Below, one piece after another: positions 1 to 12,630 of a DNA stretch of 64,000 bases. The position numbers and the translations under genes were made by a program. The DNA is from Blasia pusilla (taxonomy: Eukaryota). The stretch lies in contig CM114271.1 of NCBI GenBank assembly GCA_050084515.1, positions 12,710,001-12,774,000 on the forward strand, in the 5' to 3' direction. The notes beneath the pieces are model-generated. The model was given only the letters and a program-made list of their open reading frames with translations. It ran no database searches and was not told the origin of the DNA. Position 1 is the first letter of the stretch. Every line of letters begins with the position of its first letter.

Positions 1-2464
1 TGGAGCCCTCACCCATTGCGTGGCCCACCATGGCTCGCATGAGCACTTACGGTCCTTATTTTTGTCCATTAGGACAAACATAAGTCTACGGACATGGACA
101 TGTCCGCGGACGCAAACTTTGTTCGTGTGCAACCTTGCAACCGATCATCAAGGCTCAAGACCCTGGAGGTAGAATCCAACTATAAAAATTGTATGGAAGT
201 CTACAAGCTTAGAGGACTTCTTTTTCGCTCTTCTTGAAATCTCAACATCAATCACTTTGAAAACTCATTAAGGCATCAAGCATATATTCTCAAGTCTCCA
301 AAATCTCTAAGATGAGATCAATATACCCCTTCAAAATCCTCCTTGATCTCTCTTAATTTCAAAAACCTTCAATCAACAATCAAAGTTTTCCACAACACCC
401 TTGCGCGTTTGACTTCACTTTCTGAGAGTTAAAGAAAGGATATGATAAGATTCAAATTCTGAAAGAAAACGCAACTTCCTATATTTCCAATGTTGTCTCA
501 ATCTCTTTACGCTCACATATAGAGCTCTCTCAAAGCTCCAAAATTTCTTCTTCAACTTTGTGCAACAGAATTCTTATGCCCCATTTCACTTCACAACGTC
601 TTTTGTGCTCTCTATTTTTTATCGTGATCTACAACCTAGTGTTTTGGAAGATTTTTTCTTCTTGGCTTTCCAATGTGCCTTTGATCTCCCCAAAAAATTT
701 CCATTTGCTCCTCTAAAAGGTGTTTTACTCTCGCTGAACTTATCTTTTCAAATCTATTTTAAGGAGCTCTTGCCATTTGACTACTTTTGAATGGTAAAGA
801 CTTTTAAAATCATCCTTGGTCAGTGTTAATACCTTGCCAATTTACTCAAGGTATTACGTTCTCTTTCTTTGAGATTTATTCTTGATCAAATCTTTACCAA
901 GATTCTTCGGCGGTCGACAGGGTAACATCGACACTGTTATTTTTTGGACGGCTGCTATGATGATTAACCTCCACCTTTTATCTTCTTTCCTTTTAAACTT
1001 TAGAAATCTTGTTTCTACTCTACGGGAGTATAGCCTTCATACTTGTTATGGGCTTCAACATCTTCTACCTTAGGTTTCAAAGGTTAGAAATCTCAATTTA
1101 GATGATCAAATTTACTTGTGGATTTAATCTTTAAAACCCATGTAAATTTAGAATATAGCTACACATTTACAATGCTATGATAATTAGACCGTATTGTTTT
1201 CTGAAGAGCTCAGCTACTATTTCATAGGTATAATCACTTGGAGACATACAAGGGTTGATTATAATGGCATTTGTTACACCCTAGTGTATAACTTCCTAAG
1301 ATGCTTAGAATCCAATAGCACCTTAAATTCCGTGTCATATTATAATTAGTACGTGGGCCAACACATAAGATGTTCGCCCTTTCCCCTAGGGGAAAGGTAA
1401 TCACTCGTAAAGGGGGCCGAGAGAATTTTTTTTTGGGGTTAAAAAAGCATGGTAAAACGTATTTACGAGAGAGGAGGAAACTCCTAAAGAGAAAAGAAGA
1501 TGTTTCTTTCTAATTCTAAGACTAAAATGAACAGGCGGGCCCAACTACGGTGGCGGTCCCACCGTAAGGCGAACTACTCTCTTCGTGGACGGAGGCGCTT
1601 GTCACGTGTCGTAGGCGAATCGGCTGATCCGGTTCAGCCGTAATCCGTGGCGGGAAGTGGTGGGTCCGGTGGGGCCCTCAGGGAAAGAAGCGAGGGGTCG
1701 TTTCATTTCATTTGACGGGGACAGTGACTGGCTACCACCACCTGCAGCTGAGCACATTTGCCTTTCATAGCAAAGCATGGAATCCCCGCCTTTCGTGCCG
1801 TATCTATGTCCGTATCTGTGCCCATTTATGAGCCTCCCTGCTACGACTAGCCTTGTGGCTTTCTGCGATTCTTCAAGCCTTTGGTTTGTATTCCGTTCCG
1901 GTCGGGACCGCACTCGCTTCATCTCACTCTGGTGGTTCGTCTCTTCTAAAATAATGAACTCTGGTGGTTCGCCTTTCTGGCCTGCAACGCTCCGCCTCGT
2001 TTGCTGATGAGTGAGTAGTGATTGGGTGGGTGGCGTTTCGTCGATTCTCTTGTGCTTCGCGATGATCTGGTGTCCGCGTTCTCATTTCTGGTAGCCGAGT
2101 CCACCGAGTGGGAGATCGTGCAGCAGCGATTGGTGGATTCTGCATGCGCAACGTCCTGGCCGAAGGCGAAGGGTTGTGTCGGCGCTGCTGTGGCTTCGAG
2201 ACTCGGTCTGTGCGTGAAGTTCTCTCGCCTTACATTTCGAGCGAGCTGTCGGAGACGGAGGATCGATTGGGATTGAGGAGCGGGTGAGTGAGGATTGGTT
2301 CTGCAGCAGCGGTGGGTTTGCTGGTGGTTTGAGCTGAGGAGAATCCATGGTCCCGTGAACGTTCGTGAGGTGGGAGGTAGAAGTGGTTCAAGTGGTTGGA
2401 GTAGCTCTTGAACCCGAAATCGCTTGAGATTTCCTTTGTCAGTGATTTAGTGCCGAGGGGTACC

Positions 2465-3826
2465 ATGGGTTTTGGTCCTGGAGATATACTGTCACTAATA
2501 TGGAGTCATCCCATAGCTTCGGTTATCGTGGCTCTTCTCTTCACCCCACCCTTGTTCCCAATCGTAGTGTTCTTCTCCCCGCTCCTGATTTCCACGGCCC
2601 TCGTCGTGCTCGCCATGGTTAGCATGGGCTCGGAGGTCGACGAAACTCCTAGTAACTACGGCAGCGATTCGCATTACAAGCGAGGTTGGCGGGAGCAGGA
2701 TTACGACGATGGCCGGGTATTCGATGACGACGAGGTCAAGAAGTCTCCAAAGAGACTCAGATCTTCGGCCCAGGAAGACGGATGGCTGAACAAGGTGAAG
2801 AGCTGGGAAGAAACTGGGCGAGCTTGGGTGGAGAGCGTCTTGCATCAGGAGGGATGGAAGGCCAGTCCGAACTCCAGCGGTGGAGCCGGAGAAACGCCAC
2901 CCCACACAATCGATCGCCAGAATGAGATCTTGAGCGTCGTATCAAACATCTCTCAGTCTATAAAGCAGACTTCTGATGCTTCGTCCAAAGTTTCGGATTC
3001 AAAATCCGAGTCCATATCTAAGCCTCTAGATTCCGCTTCCGATGTCACCCACAGAGGAGTGGCTTCCTCCAGCGACGCACCACGGGTCAAGCCAGAGAGC
3101 AGCCGGAAGATGAGCGAAATCACATCCGAGCCTGAACCCGAGGAAGAGCTGATCGAGTTAACTCCTCGCGACATGCACGGATTACCTCCATCGGCGAATT
3201 CGACCAGCAAGGGAAAGGAGAAGGTGGAGGATCTCCACCCCGAGGACAACAGAACTCAGGTGAAGTGGGACGAAGAACTACCAGTCAGCGGCGACGGCAC
3301 CAGCGGTGTCTTTGATCCCTCCAAGGAGTCAGCGATCGACAGCGCCTTCGGTGCGGCTCCTAAGACTGACACCGACGCCGCGGTCGAGCCGGATGCCTCT
3401 GGCGAGAAGACCAGCCATGGCGCTGGGGAAGCTCCTCCGGCCTCGGCGGCGGTGCGAGATCGAAGGGTGGAAAATATCGCGGTGAAGTCAGGCAGCGCTG
3501 AAGCGACGGGAGATTCCTCCGTCACTGCCGAGCACTCCTCCAGTCACCCCGCCGCCAAAGCGATCCGAGAACGTCGCGTGGAGCACCAGAGAACGCCGTC
3601 CGTCGCCGTGGAGCTTTCGGAGAAGCTCAACGTTCCTCTCGAGGATCTCATGTCGCTCCTCGCCGGAGACAAGGCCTCTACCTCCGGCGAGGTCCCTGTC
3701 GGCAAAGGTGTCTCGTCGTCGGAGACCACCACTTCGCAGGAGGAGGAATGGTCGAGCTCCGATGACGAGTCGTCTCAAGCAGCGCCCAAGGCCGACGAAA
3801 TTCAGCAGCCAGACAGGAAGAATTGA
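2465..3826 (+). CDS. Single-exon protein (~453 aa) with N-terminal hydrophobic membrane anchor and long acidic/Ser-rich disordered tail; function unknown
   Basis: Long uninterrupted GC-rich ORF. First ATG is at 2465 in accATGG context (the track's 2408 start is TTG). N-terminus SHPIASVIVALLFTPPLFPIVVFFSPLLISTALVVLAMVS resembles the HP...P...SP(V/L)L..TA.L anchor of some uncharacterised plant proteins. Confidence 0.75.
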   Translation: MGFGPGDILSLIWSHPIASVIVALLFTPPLFPIVVFFSPLLISTALVVLAMVSMGSEVDETPSNYGSDSHYKRGWREQDYDDGRVFDDDEVKKSPKRLRSSAQEDGWLNKVKSWEETGRAWVESVLHQEGWKASPNSSGGAGETPPHTIDRQNEILSVVSNISQSIKQTSDASSKVSDSKSESISKPLDSASDVTHRGVASSSDAPRVKPESSRKMSEITSEPEPEEELIELTPRDMHGLPPSANSTSKGKEKVEDLHPEDNRTQVKWDEELPVSGDGTSGVFDPSKESAIDSAFGAAPKTDTDAAVEPDASGEKTSHGAGEAPPASAAVRDRRVENIAVKSGSAEATGDSSVTAEHSSSHPAAKAIRERRVEHQRTPSVAVELSEKLNVPLEDLMSLLAGDKASTSGEVPVGKGVSSSETTTSQEEEWSSSDDESSQAAPKADEIQQPDRKN

Positions 3827-6800
3827 AACGGATGTACTTTTTGGTAGCTGGCAGGCCTCATCAAAATCTAAGAATAGCTATTTGGGAGCTCGGGCATCGG
3901 TGGGTAACGAATCGAGCTTCTTCTGAAGCTGGTTGTGAAGTGAGTCGGTCCTATCCCTCTCTATCTCTCTCACGCGGGGAGCCAGGGTTTCGTGGATCTT
4001 TCCACATTTTCCCGTCATGGACGGGCGTGAGCATTGGACTCGGAGCGATGCTTCGATCGTCGCCACGGACTGTTTTGTTCAGCTGGCTGAACCGAGCTGC
4101 CATCAAGCTGCCGTTGCGCGGAGCTTTAGGTGAAGAGTATGAGATGCCCGATCTGTCCATAGTTTTCATACGTCGGATCGGTATGGTGCGTCAGGTGAGA
4201 ATTTCCACCACAGGATGGTCATGAGGTTCTGAAGCTGGAAGTGGCTGCTGTGCAATGACGCGGTGGGTGATCGTGGAAGGTTCGGAACAGGCGCCTTCGA
4301 GTCGTTCGAGCACAATTTGGAGGAGTATGAAGTAGTTGTAGCATTCCGATGTCTTTTGTAGATGGCAAGTGTGTAAAGAATCTCTGATTGCTTCGGCGTG
4401 TAGCACTCCAGAATGGAACTGTATGCATATCAATGAGCTTTCAAACTTCTGACATCCTCTTGCGAATTGGGATCCGCAATCGGTTTGATAATGCGCAGTG
4501 TGCGTCTCCGCCTCCGTACTCGGATGGAAATGAAATCACATCTTCCAACTCTTTCCAATTATTCTGAGTGTTCGCATTCCCTACTCTGCCCATTCCTTGC
4601 ACCGGAAAATGTCGTACCCCTGACGTGCGATCATCATGTGTTTTGCTGGCATGGGTCGTTTCCGTTAGCTCCCTTCATGGTAAAGAGAGGAATGGCGATA
4701 GATGTCGAGGTTGTCGGCAGGGAAAATCCCAGCGAAAATGAGAGCTCTGGTCAGTAGGCAGCCGTCCGCACATTTGCCACATATTTGAAGCTGTAACAGA
4801 CGATTGGTCCGGAAGTCTTATTCTGTTGCCTCAATTCCGCATGCATCCAACTCCCTTAACCTTCAACCTTGTTTTCCTGGAAGGATTGAAGAATCTCATG
4901 AATGTAGTTGTAATTTCTTGTTGTAACCTTTTAATTTGCCGAAATTTACGCCTCTCTAGGTATTCGCACGAGCAAGGATGCTCGTGCGAGTACCTCCAGG
5001 CTGTTTTGAGATCTGGTATCGTACTTCCGAGGGTCTAGAGTGCAGTATTTACATATCCGTATGTGTTCTTTAAAAGCTGCATTCTCCAAGCGTATCCTTG
5101 TTACACACTTCGTTCAGTAATTCCCACCACCGCATACACCAGTAATTTTGTGCGTGCGAAATGCATTCAGCCATAGGAGTGTTGTCTAGAATACGTGAAA
5201 GTCCTTTCTTCTTTGTTCTTCGGATTGTCGTCTTAATGATCCCTTGTTCACTCTCGTTTTCTTTCATTCTCTTAATGATCCCTTGTGTTATTTACGTCAG
5301 GAAAGTCTCCATATGGAAGCATTCTTCAATTTATTCAAGTCGATGCTTGGGGCGGCTAGTTGTCATTTTCTTTCTCCATTCTATTATGGATTTTTTATTC
5401 ATTTTTGGAGATGTTCTTATTTTTTTGGGTCAACTTTTGAACTTTATTTTATAAAAAAGTGGATAGAAGAGAGAGAACGACTTTTGGTGTTGCTCTCTCT
5501 CTTCTACAATCGAAAGTCAAGTTTGAGGAATATTTCATATGGGCAGTTTTATTGATTTCTTCATCATTAAATGTTTTCGGACGCGATATGAACATCAAAT
5601 CTATCCACATTTCTCTTCAAAACTGAATCTCATCGATTTAAATAAAAATGCCAATTATTTGGTAGTATCTTCTGGTCTTCCTAGCAGGAAGATATTATCA
5701 AATATTTCTTTAAGAGATATGAAATGTATATATCTAGAAGAGGACGAGGTTAGAGTAATCCCTTTTTAGATGTAACACCTGTCTTGTAAGGGTTGAAAGA
5801 GTTGAATTAAGGAAATAACAAAATAAAATGGTACACCTGTCTTGTTAAGAGTTCTTATGGTGTGTACGCATGTCATTTTGAAAGAGCTGAATTAAGGAGA
5901 AATTATAAAATAAGGTAAGCATCATCACGGACATTGGCTAATGCTAATCAAACTTGTACTATCATGAGGTGAACAAAAATAAAGAAAATAATTGATGTAC
6001 AGAAAGGAGATAGAATGGAGAGCATTTTTCATTTTTGGTTGAAGAGGTTCAAGTGATATACATTCAAAGAAAGATGTGAAAACGTGGTAAGAAAGCACAA
6101 ATGAAATTCATTGACAAATGGGTAGGAAACATTGGTTTATCCCCATCTTTTCGAGTATGTAATCATTTTCATCAAACTTCCAAATCTGACTTCTATAGTC
6201 TAATCAGGTTACAATTTTTATATACATTAGCAAACAGCCCATGCCAGTTTATACCTCAAATTTCATCTTAAACCCTATTTGGCCTTTCCTCTTTTTCTTT
6301 CTGTCCTCTCTCTTTGCTCCTAAGCTCCCATCTTTTTTATTTTATTTTCTTGATAAATTACACATGTTTACATTAGAGGAATCCAAACACAATTTACGAA
6401 TCTCGACTCCTCTTCTTGACACCTGTGTTCGTAAATTCGTCCTCTTTTCATAATATAGAAGAATCAAGAGTAATATTTACTATCAAGATATCTATACAAC
6501 TAAGTATCTAATTTCACACTTTCATAATCAGTATTCTTGTTTTTAAAAATTTGTTTCATAAACAAGTGATTTTTTTTTATATCATACCCAAGTATACTAT
6601 GGTAGAAAAAAATGTACGATATGATTATATGATACATTTAGAGAAGGAGGAATCCTATGTGTGTTATTTTACCTTCAAGTTATGCTCTTAGACTAGTCTC
6701 ATATTCTTAGAGATGTGGAGGAATGAGTTTTCTTTGAGCCCATATTAGATTTCATTTTTGTCTCATTTAAGTCTTTTATTTTATTATTGTAAATATTTAT

Positions 6801-7358
6801 CTGGTTGTGACAACCATTCTTTGAATTGAATGAAATAGTTAAGAGATTTTTGCTAGAGAATTATTTTGTATTATATTTATAGATTTATTAAAAATAAATT
6901 AGTTATATTTTTAATTAAAAGATTCACTTCATAAAAGTCTAAAATTCAAGGGATTGAATAGTGATGTAGTGTTCAATATTGTCATTTCATTCTCACTAAA
7001 ATTTGGTTTAATTGTATTCTTTTAATTTGAATAAAATGGGAACATTTGTATGGATGACATATATCTAGAAGCACATGTGATAAAAAAGAACATTTTCACA
7101 GTTTTATAAATTAACTTGAAATTTTAGGCATATTCAGCCTTGATCAAGAGAAATGGAATAAATCAAATTTTGTGATAGGATAATCTACTCTTATGATAAG
7201 GTTGAATCAAGACTTTATCTATTCACAATCAAAAAATTACAAAACCTTAATTTCTACATAGTAGGGAGGGTGAGTTTGTCTATCTCAATATTTGGAATGG
7301 GGAGAGTGGCACTTTGAATGTTGTAGTCTCAAACTTATTTTTGATGCCTACAAAACCG

Positions 7359-7481
7359 TGTCGTGCGCATACACATCGCTACACATACATCGATGTCATT
7401 GAAGACACACACAAACACGCACGATCCCATGCTAACTCATGGCATCCAAATAACGAGACAAGAAGTACTAAAATATCTCCA
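7359..7481 (-). repeat. LTR segment A (123 bp, directly after the polypurine tract)
   Basis: On the minus strand the PPT GGGGAGAG-AT is followed by TGGAGAT...CGCACGACA. Closely similar to 18556-18681; its end matches 40351-40370. Confidence 0.85.
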
Positions 7482-7662
7482 ATCTCTCCCCTAGTTGGTG
7501 GTTAGGTCCCTCTAACTCCAGATAGCCATATATCCCTACCAACCATGACATCGGACACTAGGAGCAAGAAAGGCTGGGTGCTCATGTGGCCCCATCGTTA
7601 GTCGCCTTCCTGTCATCCATATTACAGAAAAAGTCGGAATCAAAACCTACCTAGTATCTCCT

Positions 7663-7815
7663 CTATGTATATCTGGGACACATCCATTGTCCTCGAGGAA
7701 CCCTAGTGAGAGGTGGTGTCAGACATGCCATATGCCAACCTCTCGAACATCCATCCCACACAAGCATCGTGGCCGCACCACGAGCAACACCACACAACAT
7801 ACAACGCAAGCCTGC
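7663..7815 (-). pseudogene. PHD finger at the integrase C-terminus
   Basis: LRCMLCG...MLVWDGCSRGWHMACLTPPLTRVPRGQWMCPRY fits the C4HC3 PHD pattern with two Cys mutated and the typical HxxCLxPPL..VP.G.W.CP. Confidence 0.85.
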
Positions 7816-7938
7816 ATGATCTACTGTACCATCAATGTTAGGAAGGTGACATGGCGCATAATTACGCACATGGTCCTTCCATACCATACCATCGCGTCCC
7901 TCCAGCAAGAGAACACCGGATGGAAAAACGCCACGCAC

Positions 7939-8700
7939 TCAAGGGATAGTGCGCCCAGGAGTCACATCCAACGTCGTCGGTACCGTCTGCTGCAAGTAGA
8001 CATAATCTCTCTGATGAAACCTTCGGATAGTTGGTCGACAACCACCACCCCCAATAGTCGCATACCTCAACGTATCCCGATGCTGCGCAATCGCCAAGTT
8101 CTCAAACGCCATGGGCATCACTCTCCAAAACAACTTAGCCCTCTGAGAACATGCTCGCATCAATACATCTGGGTCATCAAGGTCTAGCTCCTCATCAGCA
8201 TCTCGACGAATGGCCGCAGATAAATCTGGCTCTCGGCCATAAAGTAGCAAGTACGATGAAAAAGACGCTAAGGATGCCTGCCTGCTGAATCTGTATCCCA
8301 TCACCAACCACGGCAACCAGAGGTCCCAATCTCCCAGGTGACCTCTCTGTAAGCCATACTTGCGTAGACCCCTCTTCATCGTCTGCACAACTCTCTCCGC
8401 TAATCCATCCGCCTCAGGATGATCTCGTGAAGTCGTGCGGTGGTCGATCAACGCCTGATCACACAAGGCCTGGAACTCACCGCAAAACTTGGTACCCTCG
8501 TCTGTCAACACCTCAGCCGGTGCGCCATAATGACTCAACACTTTGTCAAGGAAGGCATAAGCTACTCCCTCACTCGCTTTGTCAGGAAATGCAACCAACT
8601 CGATCCACTTCGATAAGTGCTCGACCATCACAAGCCCAGAACGACTGTGACGCTCCGTCAAAGGCAAAGGTCTTGCAAAATCCAAAATCCATCTATACCC
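7939..8700 (-). pseudogene. Retroviral-type integrase core (rve)
   Basis: DFARPLP...VEHLSKW...GAPAEVLTDEGTKF...HPEADGLAERVVQT; D,D(35)E-type layout. Confidence 0.92.
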
Positions 8701-9263
8701 TTAGCCAATGATCGGTAATGGATGCAACTGTGGATTCGGAACATTGAACGATACTGAATCTGGAGCAAGCTGTACGTCCGCTTCACCCCAAAGTGACCCA
8801 ACTCCTCGTGGGCATGCTGCACTAGTCATGCTCTCTGTAGAGGATGTGGCACTACGCGTACTCTACCATCCTCTCAAACCCTCAAAACATGTGTCCCCTC
8901 CCAACTGAACCGTCTGGCCCGTTGTAGGATCTAATCCCGCTCTCTAGCACCCACGGTGCTTGCAACGCTGCATGAACGAAGGTACTCCAAGACTACTCCA
9001 TCATCATGAATATCTCAGCCACATGTCGTCTCCTCATTGGCCTCGGGATCCAAGGACTCTCTACTAGACCTCGCCATCGAAGTATCCACACTCTGGCTCT
9101 CCATAGCCAACATGCCTAAATAGGCTGATGCGTGCCATCCTGGAACTGACTCCTCATCACTCTCTCCATGCCATCGAGCTCTAGTCGCATCTCACTGACT
9201 CGGGCATGAGTTACGACTCAACCCAAATACATCTTGGTTGAGCATCCCAGATCTATGTACCAC

Positions 9264-10404
9264 CTAAAAATCATACTCCTGCAACAATAGAGCCCATCTC
9301 GCAAGCTTCCCTGTAAGCTTGTCGGACTCCATCAACCACTTCAGTGGTTGATGATCACTTATGATGATAAAGGGATTTCCGAATAAGTAACACCTGAAAT
9401 GCGCGAAAGCCCACATTGCAGCCAAGCACTCACCCTCATATGAGCTGTACTTCAACTTTGCAGCGTTGTTCGAGCGGCTAGCGTAAGCCACCACAAACTC
9501 TCTATCCTCCTCATCATGCTGGGTTAGCACCGCTCCAATCCCCAACATGCTCCAATATATGTGCAACTAGAAAGGACGCCCCCCCTGACTGGCCTCCTCA
9601 AGATGGGCGCAGACGTCAACCTGTCCTTGAGCAACTGAAATGCTTGCTGTTGCTCATCCCCCTAGTGCCACTCATGATCCACCTTGGTCAGCAAGGTTAG
9701 CGGCTTCGCAATCGAACTAAATCCCTTGACGTACCGCGGATAGAAGTTCGCCAATCCCATGAATGCGCGAACACGGCTCACATCTGTAGGGCGTGGAATG
9801 CATGAGATAGCCTCCACCTTCGTCTGCTGAACACCAAGGCCCCCTCGGTATATCGTATGACCCAAGTACTCAATCTGGTCGTAGAAGAACTTGCACTTGC
9901 CTGGATGTAGCTTCAGCCGATGTAATTGCAATCGTCAAAATGTCGCTCAAGCTCCTCAACCGTGGCGCTAAAGACTACGATGTCATCAAGATAACACCTA
10001 GCAAAATCCAGACCAGCCAAGATCCTATCAATGACGCTCTGAAACTCATCCGGGGCGTTCTTTAACCCAAATGGTAAGAACCGCCACTGGTACAAACAAT
10101 CCTTCCCGTGAGGATTGATGCCCCAAAATGCCGTCTTCTGCCTGTCATCCAATATGATAGGCAGCTGATGGTATCCGGCTCGCAAATCCAATGAACTGAA
10201 GACCTTTGCGTGACCAATCGCATCAAAGATCTTCTCAGGGGTGGGCATGGCATACCTATCAGACCTTGTCTGCCGATTGATAGGTCCGTAATCCCCACAC
10301 ATCCACCTATCGGTCCAGTTGCCATGCACATCCTTCTTGGCGGGCATGACAGTGGCAGATGCATACTCCCCATGGGACATCTCCACTAGTCCTGCTCTGA
10401 CCAA
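9264..10404 (-). pseudogene. Gypsy reverse transcriptase and RNase H (frameshifted)
   Basis: MCGDY, FSSLDLRAGYHQ, LPFGLKNAP, YLDD, KCKF...YLGH. RNase H: GIGAVLTQ...AYASR...YSSYEGECLA...SDHQPLKWL...GKLARWALLLQEYDF. Confidence 0.93.
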
Positions 10405-10979
10405 GTCTTGGCTCTACTCTGAATTAGAGCCCTCTCAATATCACTATACCTGTAGGGTCTTCGAAAGATCGGCGTATCACTCGACAACTCAATGCGGATC
10501 TCCGGTCCCTTCAGCGTACCCAAATCCTCCATGCTAAATGCAAAGCAGCTCCTATAACTCGTGAGGAACTGATGTATCCAGCGCTGCTCTCCTCCCGTCA
10601 ACTTAGGGCCCATATCTTGCTCCCAAGTCTCCATTGTGACTACGGTAGGACTCTCCGGCGCGGGTATCTGTGGTTTCTATGGTGCAACCCTGTCTCGAAC
10701 AACAACACTCGGTTGCTCTCTTGCAACCAACTGCAAACTCTCATCTCCCCCACATGCAGTGCCCGGAACCACGCTCGATGCTATGGCTATCATGTCCTGG
10801 CGTACTTGCAAAACATCCCAAGAAGTCCAAGGGTGTCTCTCCCAATCTCCCCTGGTGTGTAGATCTCCTTGGGTCTCGCCTCTAGCCCCTGCCTCCACCG
10901 TCTTGGTAGGCACGGGGCTCACCAACGCAACCACTGTGATCTGTCGCGATCTCATACAACGCTGCTCAGCCACTCCCAA

Positions 10980-11925
10980 GCTGAGGATCCATGTCAACCA
11001 GTTCAGGTCCATTGCCTGACCCAAGACATAGCGTCGTGATGCCTCTGACATTGACAGTACTGTCGTCACTCTTGTGGGAAATCCCATCGCTCGCTCTCTC
11101 TTGTTAGCATTGGGCTCCATCAACTGCTGAACCTGGTCATCCCAAACCAAGCCAGGACCGGCCTCCTTGTATGCATAGGAAGCGGGAAAAATCACAAACG
11201 TGGGCAAGGCTTCCCACGGCCTGCTTACCTCGTTGACCACAGTCAACGGTGGTCAATCATCGTGCCTCACTGCTTGTGATCGACGACCTGGATCCAAAAT
11301 GTAATCCAATAAAAAATGGGAGGGGCACTCCACCTCGCATCTGCCCTCCGTAACACCGCATGGGGCACCAAGTTGGTCCACCATAGACGTGGGCGATGGG
11401 CTATAGAACCTCACTCGCCACATCTAAGAACGCTATTGGGCTAATCCAGACACGCACATGATGAGCACTCGTCACCACCCGTGACTTGGAGTCTCCTAAG
11501 ATCAGCACATTCCTCAAGATTTAGGATGGAGAACGAGATTGGTGCTCATGCAACTGCCCTAAGACCCTCAACATCTCCCAAAACAACCTCGACCGAGTGT
11601 CAGCCAACTCGGTGCCTCGTCCAGCACTCGATTGGCCCTGACATGGCCAACCGAAAATGACCAAATCAATGGTCCCTACCCAATCTAAGTCCTACGCCCC
11701 CAACAACGGAATATCCCTCGGTAGGGAACTCTGGTACCCCTGTACCGCGGAGGCCGAGAATAAGTCAAGAAAACGTAAGCATAACTACGCCACATGTTGT
11801 AGTGAGATGTGCTTTGCAACATCATCACTCTCCACATACAGGTACTGATGCTCTCGCACTCCTGCCTGCAAAACAACAGCTAACCCGGGGCTAATCCCTC
11901 CAAAGAGATCTAACACTTGAATATC
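10980..11925 (-). pseudogene. C5-cytosine DNA methyltransferase domain (DNMT3-like) within the retrotransposon polyprotein
   Basis: Motif I VLDLFGGI (~11895-11920); IV IDLVIFGWPCQGQSSAG..L.D.RS.LFWE (~11575-11675); VI ILRNV for ENV (~11506-11520); VIII AHRPRLWWTNL (~11370-11402); IX RERAMGFP..T and X RRYVLGQAMD (~11000-11100). All are in canonical order. Confidence 0.88.
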
Positions 11926-12233
11926 TTCCTCCACGATACACCACACAATGGGTGTGGTATCCAAGGGTGTCATCATAGCACTCCCTGCTACCTCGGATTC
12001 CTTAAACCCGTCAAGCTCTGGTGCAAACGCCTCGCTCCACGCGGTCTGCACGTGCTCATCTGCCAATCGTCGAAGCTCCTCAGTCGAGCCCCATAACGAC
12101 ACCTCTCCTCCACGGAATCATGCGGCTACCATAACACTTCTCTCCATAGAAATGTCAGGAACGGGAGTATCCTCTGCATGGACATATCCCTCAATCAAAT
12201 CACCAGGCCAAGTGATGGCACTGCTAAATGCTG

Positions 12234-12630
12234 CTAAGGTTGCCACCTCTCACCTCTGCATCGAACGGGTAATGTGCTAAGGCGCCCATCACGTGACTGC
12301 CATCGTGGTCTGTAGGACGCTGACTCCTCCCAGTAATCCAGGGAAAACCCCATCGGGTATAACAGTGCTCCACCAACCAAGACGTCGTAGGACTCTACAT
12401 CAGTCACTATCGCCTTGGCTCGCACCACAGACTCATCAGTAGGATGTCTCGGGCGAATCCTCACCACGACCTCATGTCGGGTGATATACTGTGTGGTACT
12501 CGCTCCACCCAAGGATGTCTGTATCCGGAATGGAAAACGCTCCACATCAACTCTTGTCAAGCCCAATCCTCTGAATGATGCTTTCCCCACCATCAGGGGT
12601 TGTGCTCCTCAATCCAACAAGACGCGCTGT
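12234..12630 (-). pseudogene. Aspartic protease of the gypsy element
   Basis: RVLLD*GAQPLMVG (the sister copy at ~39575-39612 reads ILLDSGAQPLMLG) and YDVLVGGALL. Confidence 0.8.

Noticed and set aside
1-1280. Possible LTR remnant at the window start
   Set aside because: Composition and a TATA-like motif are suggestive, but no termini, TSD or second copy are visible.
2408-2464. ORF-track start at 2408
   Set aside because: It is a TTG; a eukaryotic gene more plausibly starts at the ATG at 2465.
5775-5915. Short degenerate duplication containing ACACCTGTC, similar to the LTR junction
   Set aside because: Flanks are unrelated to segments A and B; probably a chance 9-mer in a local tandem duplication.
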